Source: Takakia lepidozioides
Taxonomy: Eukaryota > Plantae > Bryophyta
Direction: 5' to 3'
DNA length: 64,000 bases
NCBI GenBank assembly: GCA_030704615.1
Contig: CM060733.1
Coordinates: 73,284,001-73,348,000, forward strand
The stretch's first letter is position 1; every line of letters starts with the position of its first letter. Of this stretch, positions 24,786 through 36,400 are shown in pieces. The notes beneath the pieces were generated by a model. It saw nothing but the letters and a program-made list of their open reading frames with translations, did no database searches and was not told the origin of the DNA. Made by a program: the position numbers and the translations under genes.

Positions 24786-27700
24786 GAATACTGTAAGTAC
24801 GGAGGGGCCAGTAGCAGGGAGTGCTCAGGGGCCAACACCTGGTGGGAATTCCACCACTACAACAGTAGGTCCTCAAGGACCTGTCAGTGGGCGGGGTAGG
24901 GCACAGATGGCGGTACCTCCAACCGGGCAAAACCACATTTTCCAATATATGTAGGGAAAAGGGATCCTGATGTACACATCAGCCAATTTGAGCACATGGT
25001 ATTGTGAACAATGAGAATGGCGATGATGCAAGATGAGACTGTTTCCTTGTTCACTTATCAAGAAAGCAAGTGAATGGTATAGATTTCCTAATAATCATTT
25101 CCTAACCTGGAATGGCCTTAGTACAACATTCCGAAATAGGTTCAGGACAAGCAAAATTGAGGATGAAGTGTATGGGAGTTTACAACAGTTAAAGCAAAAG
25201 AAGCATGAAACTGTTGAAGAGTACATGGAAAAGATGGAATTAATGATGAAAAAGCTGGCTGCTGTGCCACCAGGATTACAGAAGACCTGGTTTGTGAGTG
25301 GACTAAGACCTGAACTACAAAAGAAAGTGGATATGCTACCCCATAATACAGTGGAAGAGGCATTTGAAACAGCCAACAGAATTGAGCAATTGGGAATGCT
25401 CAGGAGAGAAAAAAAAGATGATGAAGACTCTGAAGATGAGTCAGATGAGGAAGAAGATCAAGAGCTCAAGAGGAAGAGCAAGAAAAAAAAAAAGTTGAAG
25501 AGGGACAACTATGAGAAAAGACTGAAGGAAATCTTGAAGAAATATGCCACAGAGGCTGCAACACATTGGAGGAAGGGTGTTTGGTGGTGCAAAATCCAGA
25601 ATGAAGGCCATACCACAGCTGAATGCCACATGAAGGAGGGGTGAAAGCATGCTAATGTGTACCACTGACACTCCTGAAAATGACTAAATTTTGACTGCTG
25701 GCGCATTACTACACCGCGACGCGTGGACATGACATGTTGCAATGAAAACGTGATGAAATTGACAGATGATAGTGCGCACCTCAACCCCACCCATCGGATG
25801 CTCGTACATCCTCTTGTACACCTCCAATTTTGCTCATACACCACTAATTTTGAGTTTACGATACTAACTCGACTTCCATTTGCCACCATTTGTTTTCCCC
25901 TCATCGCATCCAAGCGGGTTTGGTGCGTTTGATGCCTACTTCAATGCTGCAGATGCTCGTATAATTTTTAGGAGTTTATTTGATATATTTTTAATTTTAA
26001 AACAATTTGCAATGAATGATACACTATTTGTAAGAACTCATTTTGGCCTCAAATTCAGAATTGGAGGACCTTGTAGCCATTTCAAGGACACGGCCTTCTT
26101 CATTTTCAGTAGCTAAACACTTTTGGTGAAAGAACTATGTTCAAATTTTGAGGTTTAGTAGTACCAAAGTTTGGTGCCCTAAGTTATGCATACAGTGTAG
26201 TAGAAAATTCCTATGATGATGGCTTTTTCTGGTTTTGCAGGTCTACTATCCTTTTTGCATTCTTTCATACCTTACATAAGCACATGAAAATCCCTGATAG
26301 GACCTTCACATGTTATGGGTGTGAAAATGAGTCCTAAAGGACTACAACATTTTGGGACATTTGAACCTTGTGCAATTCACGACTCCTTTAGGACCCCTTA
26401 AACTTGTCAAATCACAAAACAATTTATATGGGCATGACAAGAACTTCAAGGGCTTTCCAATGATATAATGTATCTGTGATTTCAAACTGAACTCAATATC
26501 CTAAATTTGGATCGATTGCGCCATATGTGCTGGAAAACAGTTCGTGACATCTTTTTTGGGTCCTATTAGTATGCTTTGACCCGGAGAAACACTGTACTAT
26601 CTATAAAGTGGATAACCATTCTACTGAGAATTGTTATTACAACAGAAGGACAGCTGCAAGAGAACCTAGGCAAGTGAGGGTGCATCAAGTGCAGCCCCAG
26701 CCAAGAAGAAACAATGATCATGACCACTATGGTAGGCCTGGTGGATATAACAATGGTATGGCAGGGAGAGGTAATCCAAGAGGGAATTACCAAGGCAGTT
26801 CCCGAGGCAACTATCAAGGTAATCCAAGGGGGAATTATCAGCCAGGGAATCAGGATTATAGAAAAATCCCAGAGCGGACCAAGGGCGAGGACCCAATGGT
26901 GAAAAACTGTGTTACTATTGTAATCAGGCGGGACATCGCAAAGCAGCCTGTCCATTCTGGATCAGACACCAGAATGAGATGAGAGCTCATGTGAATGAGG
27001 GCCCAGTGGTGGCAGCTCACATGGTTAGACCATGTTTTGTACCAGAAGTAAGTACGATGATAATAACCAGAAGCAAAGCTAAACTAATACCTCCAGAGGA
27101 TGAGGAAGAAGATGTTAATGAATATGGCAGTGATGTGCCTGAAGATAATGAGGCTTGGAGAGATGAGAAGGAACTGCACAAGGAAGTGGCTGATACCATA
27201 AGGGAAATGCAGAAGGATACTGATATCCCTATGGCAGATTCTTCTGACTCTGAAAGAGAAGATGAAGAAAATGAAGAGAAAGTGAGCAAGAGGCTTCACA
27301 AGTGCAGGGTAATGAAGGGACTTTGGCTGAAGTAATATGCCAGTCCAAAGCTGAGATTACCATTGGACAGCTATTGGCTGTGGCACCTCATTGTAGGCAC
27401 AGGCTGTATCAAGCAATTAATCAGATTACTCATGTGACAGAGAACACAGACCTGAATAGCAAGGTGACAAGTTATAATGTGAAGCCTGAAGGGCGAGAAA
27501 CAGTCATGGACTTTGACGATTCTATGCCGGTAATCCAATTGAGAATTGGAAGCACAGACTTGACTGATGTACTGATAGATGGAGGCTTAGGAGTGAATAT
27601 TATGATAGACCAATTAAGGCAGAAGCTTGGTCTAAGTAACATGAAACCAGCCCCATTCACAGTAACAATGACAGATCAAAGGAGTGTACAACCATTAGGC

Positions 27701-30700
27701 TTAATAAGAGGAGTTAAGATACAGATTCAGAAGATGATCTTTAAGATCACAGTGACTGTGTTGAAAATGGATGCTGTCATGGAAGCTTACTCCTTATTGC
27801 TGGGTCGGCCATGGCTGAAAAAGGCCAGGGTATTCCATGACTAGAATTCCCAGTTACTGACTGTGCATGATGGGAAGCACAAGATACATGTCACCACTAA
27901 GAAATCTAATAGACTACCTGCTACCAGAAGATCTCGTGGAGTCAGAGAGTATGATTGGAGGGGAGGACTTGATGGAGGTTTGCTATTTCATGAGCATGAG
28001 CGGCATGAGCAGAGTAGTAAGACAATCGATTTTCATGAGCAGAAGTACAAATTTCGAAAATAAAAAACAATAAAAAACAATAATTTAATGCAATGTGTCA
28101 GGAAAAACAAATATATTATTCGGCCCCTTGAAGGGAAAATTGCAGTTTTGACAGTTGTGCTCATGATATTTCGTCTTCCGCTCATGCCAATTCCCAGCGA
28201 CATGTGCAAATATGGCGCCGAATTTCAGGTTACGGACCCTATTACCGCGAAATTCGGCGCCATATTTGCACACATGTCGTTTGGCATGAGCAAGACGAAA
28301 TATCATGAGCACAACTGCTGCAATTTTCCCTTCAAGGGGCCGAATAATATATTTGTTTTTCCTGACACATTGCATTAAATTATTGTTTTTTATTGTTTTT
28401 TATTTTCGAAATTTGTACTTCTGCTCATGAAAATCGATTGTCTTACTACTCTGCTCATGGCGCTCATGCTCATGAAATAGCAAACCTCCATCAAGTCCTC
28501 CCCTCCAATCATACTCTCTGACTCCACGAGATCTTCTGGTAGCAGGTAGTCTATTAGATTCTTAGTGGTGACCTGTATCTTGTGCTTCCCATCATGCACA
28601 GTCAGTAACTGGGAATTCTAGTCATGGAATACCCTGGCCTTTTTCAGCCATGGCCGACCCAGCAATAAGGAGTAAGCTTCCATGACAGCATCCATTTTCA
28701 ACACAGTCACTGTGATCTTAAAGATCATCTTCTGAATCTGTATCTTAACTCCTCTTATAAGCCTAATGGTTGTACACTCCTTTGATCTGTCATTGTTACT
28801 GTGAATGGGGCTGGTTTCATGTTACTTAGACCAAGCTTCTGCCTTAATTGGTCTATCATAATATTCACTCCTAAGCCTCCATCTATCAGTACATCAGTCA
28901 AGTCTGTGCTTCCAATTCTCAATTGGATTACCGGCATAGAATCGTCAAAGTCCATGACTGTTTCTCGCCCTTCAGGCTTCACATTATAACTTGTCACCTT
29001 GCTATTCAGGTCTGTGTTCTCTGTCACATGAGTAATCTGATTAATTGCTTGATACAGCCTGTGCCTACAATGAGGTGCCACAGCCAATAGCTGTCCAATG
29101 GTAATCTCAGCTTTGGACTGGCATATTACTTCAGCCAAAGTCCCTTCATTACCCTGCACTTGTGAAGCCTCTTGCTCACTTTCTCTTCATTTTCTTCATC
29201 TTCTCTTTCAGAGTCAGAAGAATCTGCCATAGGGATATCAGTATCCTTCTGCATTTCCCTTATGGTATCAGCCACTTCCTTGTGCAGTTCCTTCTCATCT
29301 CTCCAAGCCTCATTATCTTCAGGCACATCACTGCCATATTCATTAACATCTTCTTCCTCATCCTCTGGAGGTATTAGTTTAGCTTTGCTTCTGGTTATTA
29401 TCATCGTACTTACTTCTGGTACAAAACATGGTCTAACCATGTGAGCTGCCACCACTGGGCCCTCATTCACATGAGCTCTCATCTCATTCTGGTGTCTGAT
29501 CCAGAATGGACAGGCTGCTTTGCGATGTCCCGCCTGATTACAATAGTAACACAGTTTTTCACCATTGGGTCCTCGCCCTTGGTCCGCTCTGGGATTATTT
29601 CTATAATCCTGATTCCCTGGCTGATAATTCCCCCTTGGATTACCTTGATAGTTGCCTCGGGAACTGCCTTGGTAATTCCCTCTTGGATTACCCTCCCTGC
29701 CATACCATTGTTATATCCACCAGGCCTACCATAGTGGTCATGATCATTGTTTCTTCTTGGCTGGGGCTGCACTTGATGCACCCTCACTTGCCTAGGTTCT
29801 CTTGCAGCTGTCCTTCTGTTGTAATAACAATTCTCAGTAGAATGGTTATCCACTTTATAGATAGTACAGTGTTTCTCCGGGTCAAAGCATACTAATAGGA
29901 CCCAAAAAAGATGTCACGAACTGTTTTCCAGCACATATGGCGCAATCGATCCAAATTTAGGATATTGAGTTCAGTTTGAAATCACAGATACATTATATCA
30001 TTGGAAAGCCCTTGAAGTTCTTGTCATGCCCATATAAATTGTTTTGTGATTTGACAAGTTTAAGGGGTCCTAAAGGAGTCGTGAATTGCACAAGGTTCAA
30101 ATGTCCCAAAATGTTGTAGTCCTTTAGGACTCATTTTCACACCCATAACATGTGAAGGTCCTATCAGGGATTTTCATGTGCTTATGTAAGGTATGAAAGA
30201 ATGCAAAAAGGATAGTAGACCTGCAAAACCAGAAAAAGCCATCATCATAGGAATTTTCTACTACACTACACATAACTTAGGGCACCAAACTTGGTACTAC
30301 TAAACCTCAAAATTTGAACATAGTTCTTTCACCAAAAGTGTTTAGCTACTGAAAATGAAGAAGGCCGTGTCCTTGAAATGGCTACAAGGTCCTCCAATTC
30401 TGAATTTGAGGCCAAATGAGTTCTTACAAATAGTGTATCATTCATTGCAAATTGTTTTAAAATTAAAAATATATCAAATAAACTCCTAAAAATTATACGA
30501 GCATCTGCAGCATTGAAGTAGGCATCAAACGCACCAAACCCGCTTGGATGCGATGAGGGGAAAACAAATGGTGGCAAATGGAAGTCGAGTTAGTATCGTA
30601 AACTCAAAATTAGTGGTGTATGAGCAAAATTGGAGTGTACAAGAGGATGTACGAGCATCCGATGGGTGGGGTTGAGGTGCGCACTATCATCTGTCAATTT

Positions 30701-31679
30701 CATCACGTTTTCATTGCAACATGTCATGTCCACGCGTCGCGGTGTAATGCGCCAGCAGTCAAAATTTAGTCATTTTCAGGAGTGTCAGTGGTACACATTA
30801 GCATGCTTTCACCCCTCCTTCATGTGGCATTCAGCTGTGGTATGGCCTTCATTCTGGCATTTTGCACACCAAACACCCTTCCTCCAATGTGTTGCAGCCT
30901 CTGTGGCATATTTCTTCAAGATTTCCTTCAGTCTTTTCTCATAGTTGTCCCTCTTCAACTTTTCTTTTTTCTTGCTCTTCCTCTTGAGCTCTTGATCTTC
31001 TTCCTCATCTGACTCATCTTCAGAGTCTTCATCATCTTTTTTTTCTCTCCTGAGCATTCCCAATTGCTCAATTCTGTTGGCTGTTTCAAATGCCTCTTCC
31101 ACTGTATTATGGGGTAGCATATCCACTTTCTTTTGTAGTTCAGGTCTTAGTCCACTCACAAACCAGGTCTTCTGTAATCCTGGTGCTGGCACAGCAGCCA
31201 GCTTTTTCATCATTAATTCCATCTTTTCCATGTACTCTTCAACAGTTTCATGCTTCTTTTGCTTTAACTGTTGTAAACTCCCATACACTTCATCCTCAAT
31301 TTTGCTTGTCCTGAACCTATTTCGGAATGTTGTACTAAGGCCATTCCAGGTTAGGAAATGATTATTAGGAAATCTTGCATACCATTCACTTGCTTTCTTG
31401 ATAAGTGAACAAGGAAACAGTCTCATCTTGGCATCATCGCCATTCTCATTGTTCACAATACACATGTGCTCAAATTGGCTGATGTGTACATCAGGATCCC
31501 TTTTCCCTACATATATTGGAAAATGTGGTTTTGCCCGTGTTGGAGGTACCGCCATCTGTGGCCCTACACCCTGCCCACTGACAGGTCCTTGAGGACCTAC
31601 TGTTGTAGTGGTGGAATTCCCACCAGGTGTTGGCCCCTGAGCACTCCCTGCTACTGGCCCCTCCGTACTTACAGTATTC
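24786..31679. repeat. 6.9-kb near-perfect inverted duplication (arms 24786-28226 and 28249-31679)
   Basis: ORFs 25033-25644(+), 26979-27335(+) and 27302-27844(+) mirror 30809-32194(-), 29126-29482(-) and 28755-29159(-). The arms differ almost only by 1-3 bp indels. The MULE right end appears three times. Confidence 0.9.
29879..30814. mobile_element. Non-autonomous TIR element (about 0.94 kb, 18-bp TIR, 4-bp TSD) inserted in gag; mirror copy at 25639-26582
   Basis: Ends GGGTCAAAGCATACTAAT / ATTAGCATGCTTTCACCC, flanked by CTCC..CTCC (GGAG on the gag strand). Removing it restores gag MKE|KHCTI. Confidence 0.85.
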
Positions 31680-32194
31680 CTAGCTCTAGTTGCACTACTT
31701 CCCACACTCCTTGTCCCCCCAGAGCCAGATCCAAGCTGCCCGCCTGATCCCCCTGAGCCGACACCTTCGTTGGCCTGTGATTCAAGTGCTCCACTTGATC
31801 CAGGTCCAACGGGTTGGGATGTCCTGGTTGTTGTCTCAACTTCAACTGTTGGGTCTACTTCTTCATACTCTTCATCTTTCAAATTCGCCTCTTTGTTTTC
31901 ATCTTCCAAGTTCTTCTCTTGGTTTTCCTCTTCCTCACTCATATAACTCAACCGGAGTGGTGTTGGAGAGTCCAAACTCTCCGTTGGCTCTGCCACATCC
32001 TCCTCTCTTTCTTTGTTTTGTGCTTCAGAAACTGGAGTTCTCGCTTTTGGTATTCCATGCCAACTCTGATAAAAAAATTCTGTCAAATCTTTAATCCAGG
32101 GATGTACCTCAGATCTCTCCCCTCGTGGCTGATCTTCTTCCTGTACCAAATCCCTTAATCTTTCTTGTAAGGAATAAGAAGGAGTGGCATCCAA
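30809..32194 (-). CDS. gag: Gypsy Gag (retrotransposon gag domain plus CCHC knuckle), interrupted by a TIR element
   Basis: 461-aa ORF with Retrotrans_gag-like motifs and CX2CX4HX4C. Confidence 0.85.
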   Translation of the reverse strand: MDATPSYSLQERLRDLVQEEDQPRGERSEVHPWIKDLTEFFYQSWHGIPKARTPVSEAQNKEREEDVAEPTESLDSPTPLRLSYMSEEEENQEKNLEDENKEANLKDEEYEEVDPTVEVETTTRTSQPVGPGSSGALESQANEGVGSGGSGGQLGSGSGGTRSVGSSATRARNTVSTEGPVAGSAQGPTPGGNSTTTTVGPQGPVSGQGVGPQMAVPPTRAKPHFPIYVGKRDPDVHISQFEHMCIVNNENGDDAKMRLFPCSLIKKASEWYARFPNNHFLTWNGLSTTFRNRFRTSKIEDEVYGSLQQLKQKKHETVEEYMEKMELMMKKLAAVPAPGLQKTWFVSGLRPELQKKVDMLPHNTVEEAFETANRIEQLGMLRREKKDDEDSEDESDEEEDQELKRKSKKKEKLKRDNYEKRLKEILKKYATEAATHWRKGVWCAKCQNEGHTTAECHMKEG

Positions 32195-33944
32195 CTATGG
32201 TTCCTTCGGTATGGGTGATGTGCTCTCCGATCTTAATGGTGTGAGAGGTCCAGATGATTCCCCTATGTCTATTCCCCCTCCCAAAGATATGGATAATAAG
32301 CTTTCAAATAATTTATTTTTTTCGCTGAATATCTGTGGAGTCTAGCTTCTCTTTCATCACTCATGTCCCATGTCTTTCATATCTTTAATGAGGCAGTAAC
32401 CAAAACTCTCTTCTGTAGTACCTCTCGTATATGCCTGGATTTCTTTCAAGCTTTAATGCACCCTTGGCTATACTAGAAGTCTCCGTTACCATATAACTAT
32501 ATGGCAAGCAAGTCTGGAAAGCTGTTCTTGGTGTAAGTTTGATCCACAGGATATCCTTGGGAATCCAATTCTTTACCAGTACAAGTTCTTCATGCATATG
32601 AGTGTAAACATTCACTTTTTGTTCCTCCCAGCCTTCAAACTCCACTCGTTTAATGGATAGTAATGCTATCACATAAACCAGTGTTGGTAACCAACTTGCT
32701 CTCTTTCTACAGGCCACTTGATAAATCTTTATCACTCCTTTCTCCAGACCCCACCCTGGATCTGCATCATGCACTCTCTTAAGAATGTTTTCTTTGCAAC
32801 CGTCTGGCAATTCCAAAAACCTCTGAAAGAATTGTTTGGACAATCTTTCTTTCTCAGTTCCACAGGGAATTTGATTCACATCAAATTATTTAATTCTCCA
32901 ACCACCATGATCCCACCAGATGCCTGTCACATCCGGTTGTTCTTGACCCAGTTCCCCAGTATGGTCGCCAAATGTCGAGCGGCTTTTACTCACCCATCCC
33001 TTCGCTATCCGAGGTAGAAACTCCAAGATAGAAGAGTTGGATATCTCTAAACACTCAGCCCGCTCAGAACAATCAGTCATGACCTACAACTAGTGTATCA
33101 TGGAAGTGCTTCTTGTTTGTATTCTTTCTTGCCTTCATGTCAGCAAATTACCTTACTGTTTATATTTAAGCACCATATTGCTTTAGCAATCCACCATGTT
33201 CCAATCACTCATCTCTTCATTCCACAACTTCACTCAGATTTCTCTACACAGTGTGAGTATGGAATATGTATCAGATTATGATCTATCAGTTAACAGGCCG
33301 AAGCCATGGTGTCCCTAGTCTGCTCTACAGTATAACTCTACAGCTTGCATGAATCAAGCATCAACAGTTTGTGACTCCTCATTCACTGCGTTCTCCATTC
33401 CTCAGCTCCAGATCGTCCTTCCCTTCCCGATGGCCAAGTCGTGATCCAAGAAGTGCCCTCCCTCCATTGCTACTCTGTCTTTTCTACCTGCAAGCTGTTT
33501 TAACTGCCTAACTAACTAATTGTCATCCAGATAGAATACACGTTCCCGCTGCCGATGTCGTTCCCACACAGTCGTTCCCTGCGAATGTTGTGACGGGCTG
33601 TGCCCAACTGTGTCGGCTGTGACTGGCTGTGTCGGACTGGGCCGGGTTGTGACTGGTTGTATTGAGCTGTGTCGAGCTGTGTCGGACTGTGACTGGCTGT
33701 GTAAAGCTATGTCGGGCTGTGTCAGGCTGTGATAGACTATGATAGACTGTGATAGGCTGTGTAAGGCTGTGTAAGGCTGTGTCAGACTGTGACTAGCTGT
33801 GTCAAGCTGTGTCTAACTGTGTAAGCCTGTCTATCACCCCTAAGGCCTGTGTTGGTCTAAGTCTACCATCCGTAAGTCTGCGCAAAAACTAAGGGTACCC
33901 CACAGAACCCGTAAAACTGTCTAAGTCCCAGACAGCCCTCTAAT

Positions 33945-34925
33945 ACGCCCCCGAATAGGCCGCCTCAGAATAGGCGCAGAAGTCAATCGAGCCTTGAGTT
34001 CCTCAAAGGCTTCATCCTGCTCCTCCTCCCACTGCCGCTCCTGACCCACCTTGGTCAACTTGGTAAGAGCCTTTGCAATGCTGCTAAATCCCTTGACAAA
34101 CCATCGATAGTAGTTTGCCAATCCCATGAAAGCATGAACTCTGCTAACATCGATGGGGCGTGGAATGCGTGCAATGGCCTCCACCTTTGTCTTTTGTCCA
34201 CCCAATCCTCCAGGGTATATCATGTGGCCTAGATACTCAATCTGGTTGTGGAAGAACTTGCACTTCCCATGGTGCAATTTCAACCCATGCGCTCTCAAAC
34301 GCTCAAACACCATCTGAAGGTGTCTCTCGTGCTCCTCAATCGTAGCACTAAAGATGATGATGTCATCAATGTAGCACCGGGCAAAATCTAGCCCCGCAAG
34401 AATCTTATCCATGACCCTCTGAAACACTGCAGGAGCATTCTTCAACCCAAACGGTAGGAACCGCCATTGGTACAAGCAATCCTTCCCATGTTGGTCAATC
34501 CCCCAAAATGTCGTCTTTTGCTTGTCAGCCTCTTTGATTGACAACTGGTGGTAACCGGATTGCAAGTCCAATGTGCTAAACACCTTTGCATGCCCAATGG
34601 CATCAAAGATCTCCTCTGGAATTGGCATGGCATATCTATCGGACTTAGTCTGACGGTTCACAGGACGGTAGTGCCCACACATCCTCTTTTCTGTCCAATT
34701 GCCATAGATATCATTCTTAGCTGGCATCACTGTTGCTGAGGCATACTCCCCGCCTAACAACTCCACCAATCCAGCTTCGAACAACTCCATAGTCCAAGAC
34801 TGGATCAAAGACCTCTCCATATCACTATACTTGTAGGGCCTTCGAAAAATTGGCGTGTCACTTGCCAAATCAATACGAATCTCCTGGCCCTTCAAACTCC
34901 CCAAATCCTTCAAACCCCAAAGCAA
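33945..34925 (-). CDS. pol: Gypsy reverse transcriptase (D1)
   Basis: FSTLDLQSGYHQ, LPFGLKNAP, CYIDDII, YLGH motifs. Confidence 0.9.
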
Positions 34926-35399
34926 TTTCTATAAGCCCTTAGAAATCGCTAGATCCTCCGCCTCTCTCCTCCGGTGACTGTAGGTCCAACATCTGGTTCC
35001 CAGTTGTCCTCAGTGACTACAACCTTGGGTACACCAGGCTTGGAAGTAGGAGACGCATCATTTGGTTGCTAGATAGCAACCTCTCGGGCTTTATCCGCCC
35101 ACCCTGACCGTGGCGTAGCCTCCACTTGCTCCGCCATAGCCACCTTGAGAACATCCTCTGGGGAAGAAACATTCCCAACCTCTTCAAAAACATTGGCCAC
35201 CTTGGCCTCCAACTGATCCTCAGTGTATGGCTCTCCCCACTCCTCATACTGCCGCTTGAGAGATCCAATGACTCTCTCTTTGCGCATCTCATCCCACATC
35301 TGCCATGGGTGTTTGCACCCCATGATCCTGTGCTCGCCCCCACTCATTGCCTCTACCGTTCCGGTTGGCAGAGATGGTGCAATATCCAATGGAAGTGCA

Positions 35400-36400
35400 G
35401 AAGTAGTCACCGATGCTTGCAATCTCCGTTGCTCAGCCATGCACAAGCCAATGACCCATGTCAAGCAATTGAGATCCATTGCTTGACCCAACACCTGGCG
35501 CCGTGATGCCTCTGACAGAGCTGGCATAGCTGTAGTGCCCGTGGCAAATCCCATTGCCCGCTCTCGCTCCTCCGCATTGGGCTCCACCAATTGTTGTAGC
35601 ACACTGTCCCAAATCAACCCAGGACCATTGTCTCGAAAAGCATGAGACGAGGGAAAGCTCATGAGCGTAGGCAAGGCTGCACGTGGCTGCCCCACTCGAT
35701 TTACCACTGCTAGAGGTGGACGGTCATCATGTCGCACCCTATGTGGTTGCCTCCCTTAGTCCAAAATGCCCTCAACTGTGAGATTGGGTGGCCGTTGAAT
35801 GGAATCGTATGCTCCCTTGAGCAGCTCTGGTGGTGCAAGATTGGTCCACCACAATCGAGGTCAATGCGCTCGTGATCCCACCGCTGCTGCATCCAATAGC
35901 ACCGCCGATCCAATCCAAGACCGCACCTGATGCACACTGGCCATAACCCTAGCCCGAGAGTCTCCATAAGAGGAACTTCTCCAAGATATAGGCTAGAGGT
36001 TGCACTTGCCTCGTCTGCAAGTCACGCAACACTCTCAACATCTCCCAAAACAAATGTGATCGTGCATCATGCAAGCCATTCCCATGACTTGCGGGAGAGT
36101 GTCATTGGCAAGGCCATCCACCTATCACCAAGTCAATGGCACCATGCCAGTCCCAATCATCCGCCCCCAACAAGGTAATGTCTGCTGGCAAGGCCTTTTG
36201 ATACCCTTGAATTGCTGAGAGAGACAACAACTCAGGATACCGATGTGTGAGCAAGGCGATGTGGCGCATAGAAATACGCCAAGCTATCTCATCCTTCTCC
36301 ACATACAAGTACTTGCGTATTTTAATCCCTGCTTGCAACACTCCTGCAAGCCCAGTGCTCATGCCTCCAAACATGTCTAGCAAGCAAATCCCTGAGTCAG
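35400..36400 (-). pseudogene. Retrotransposon-encoded DNMT3/DRM-like cytosine-5 methyltransferase (D1)
   Basis: LLDMFGGMSTG (motif I), YLYVEKD (II), DLVIGGWPCQ (IV), EPNAEERERAMGF and RRQVLGQAMD (IX/X). Premature stop after PCQ. Confidence 0.85.

Larger units (their letters stand above)
28489..33934 (-). mobile_element. 5' part of Ty3/Gypsy element G1: putative LTR 33094-33934, extra ORF, gag with zinc knuckles, aspartic protease
   Basis: gag ORF 30809-32194 (DPDVHISQF..LFPCSL..ASEWY; CAKCQNEGHTTAEC). Second knuckle resumes after the TIR insertion. Protease VLIDGGLGVNIM...LLLGRPWL. TG...CA-bounded segment with 10-bp GCTGTGTCGG-like tandem repeats. Second LTR not seen. Confidence 0.75.

Noticed and set aside
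25033-27844. Independent + strand Gypsy element
   Set aside because: It is the mirror arm of the 24786-31679 inverted duplication.
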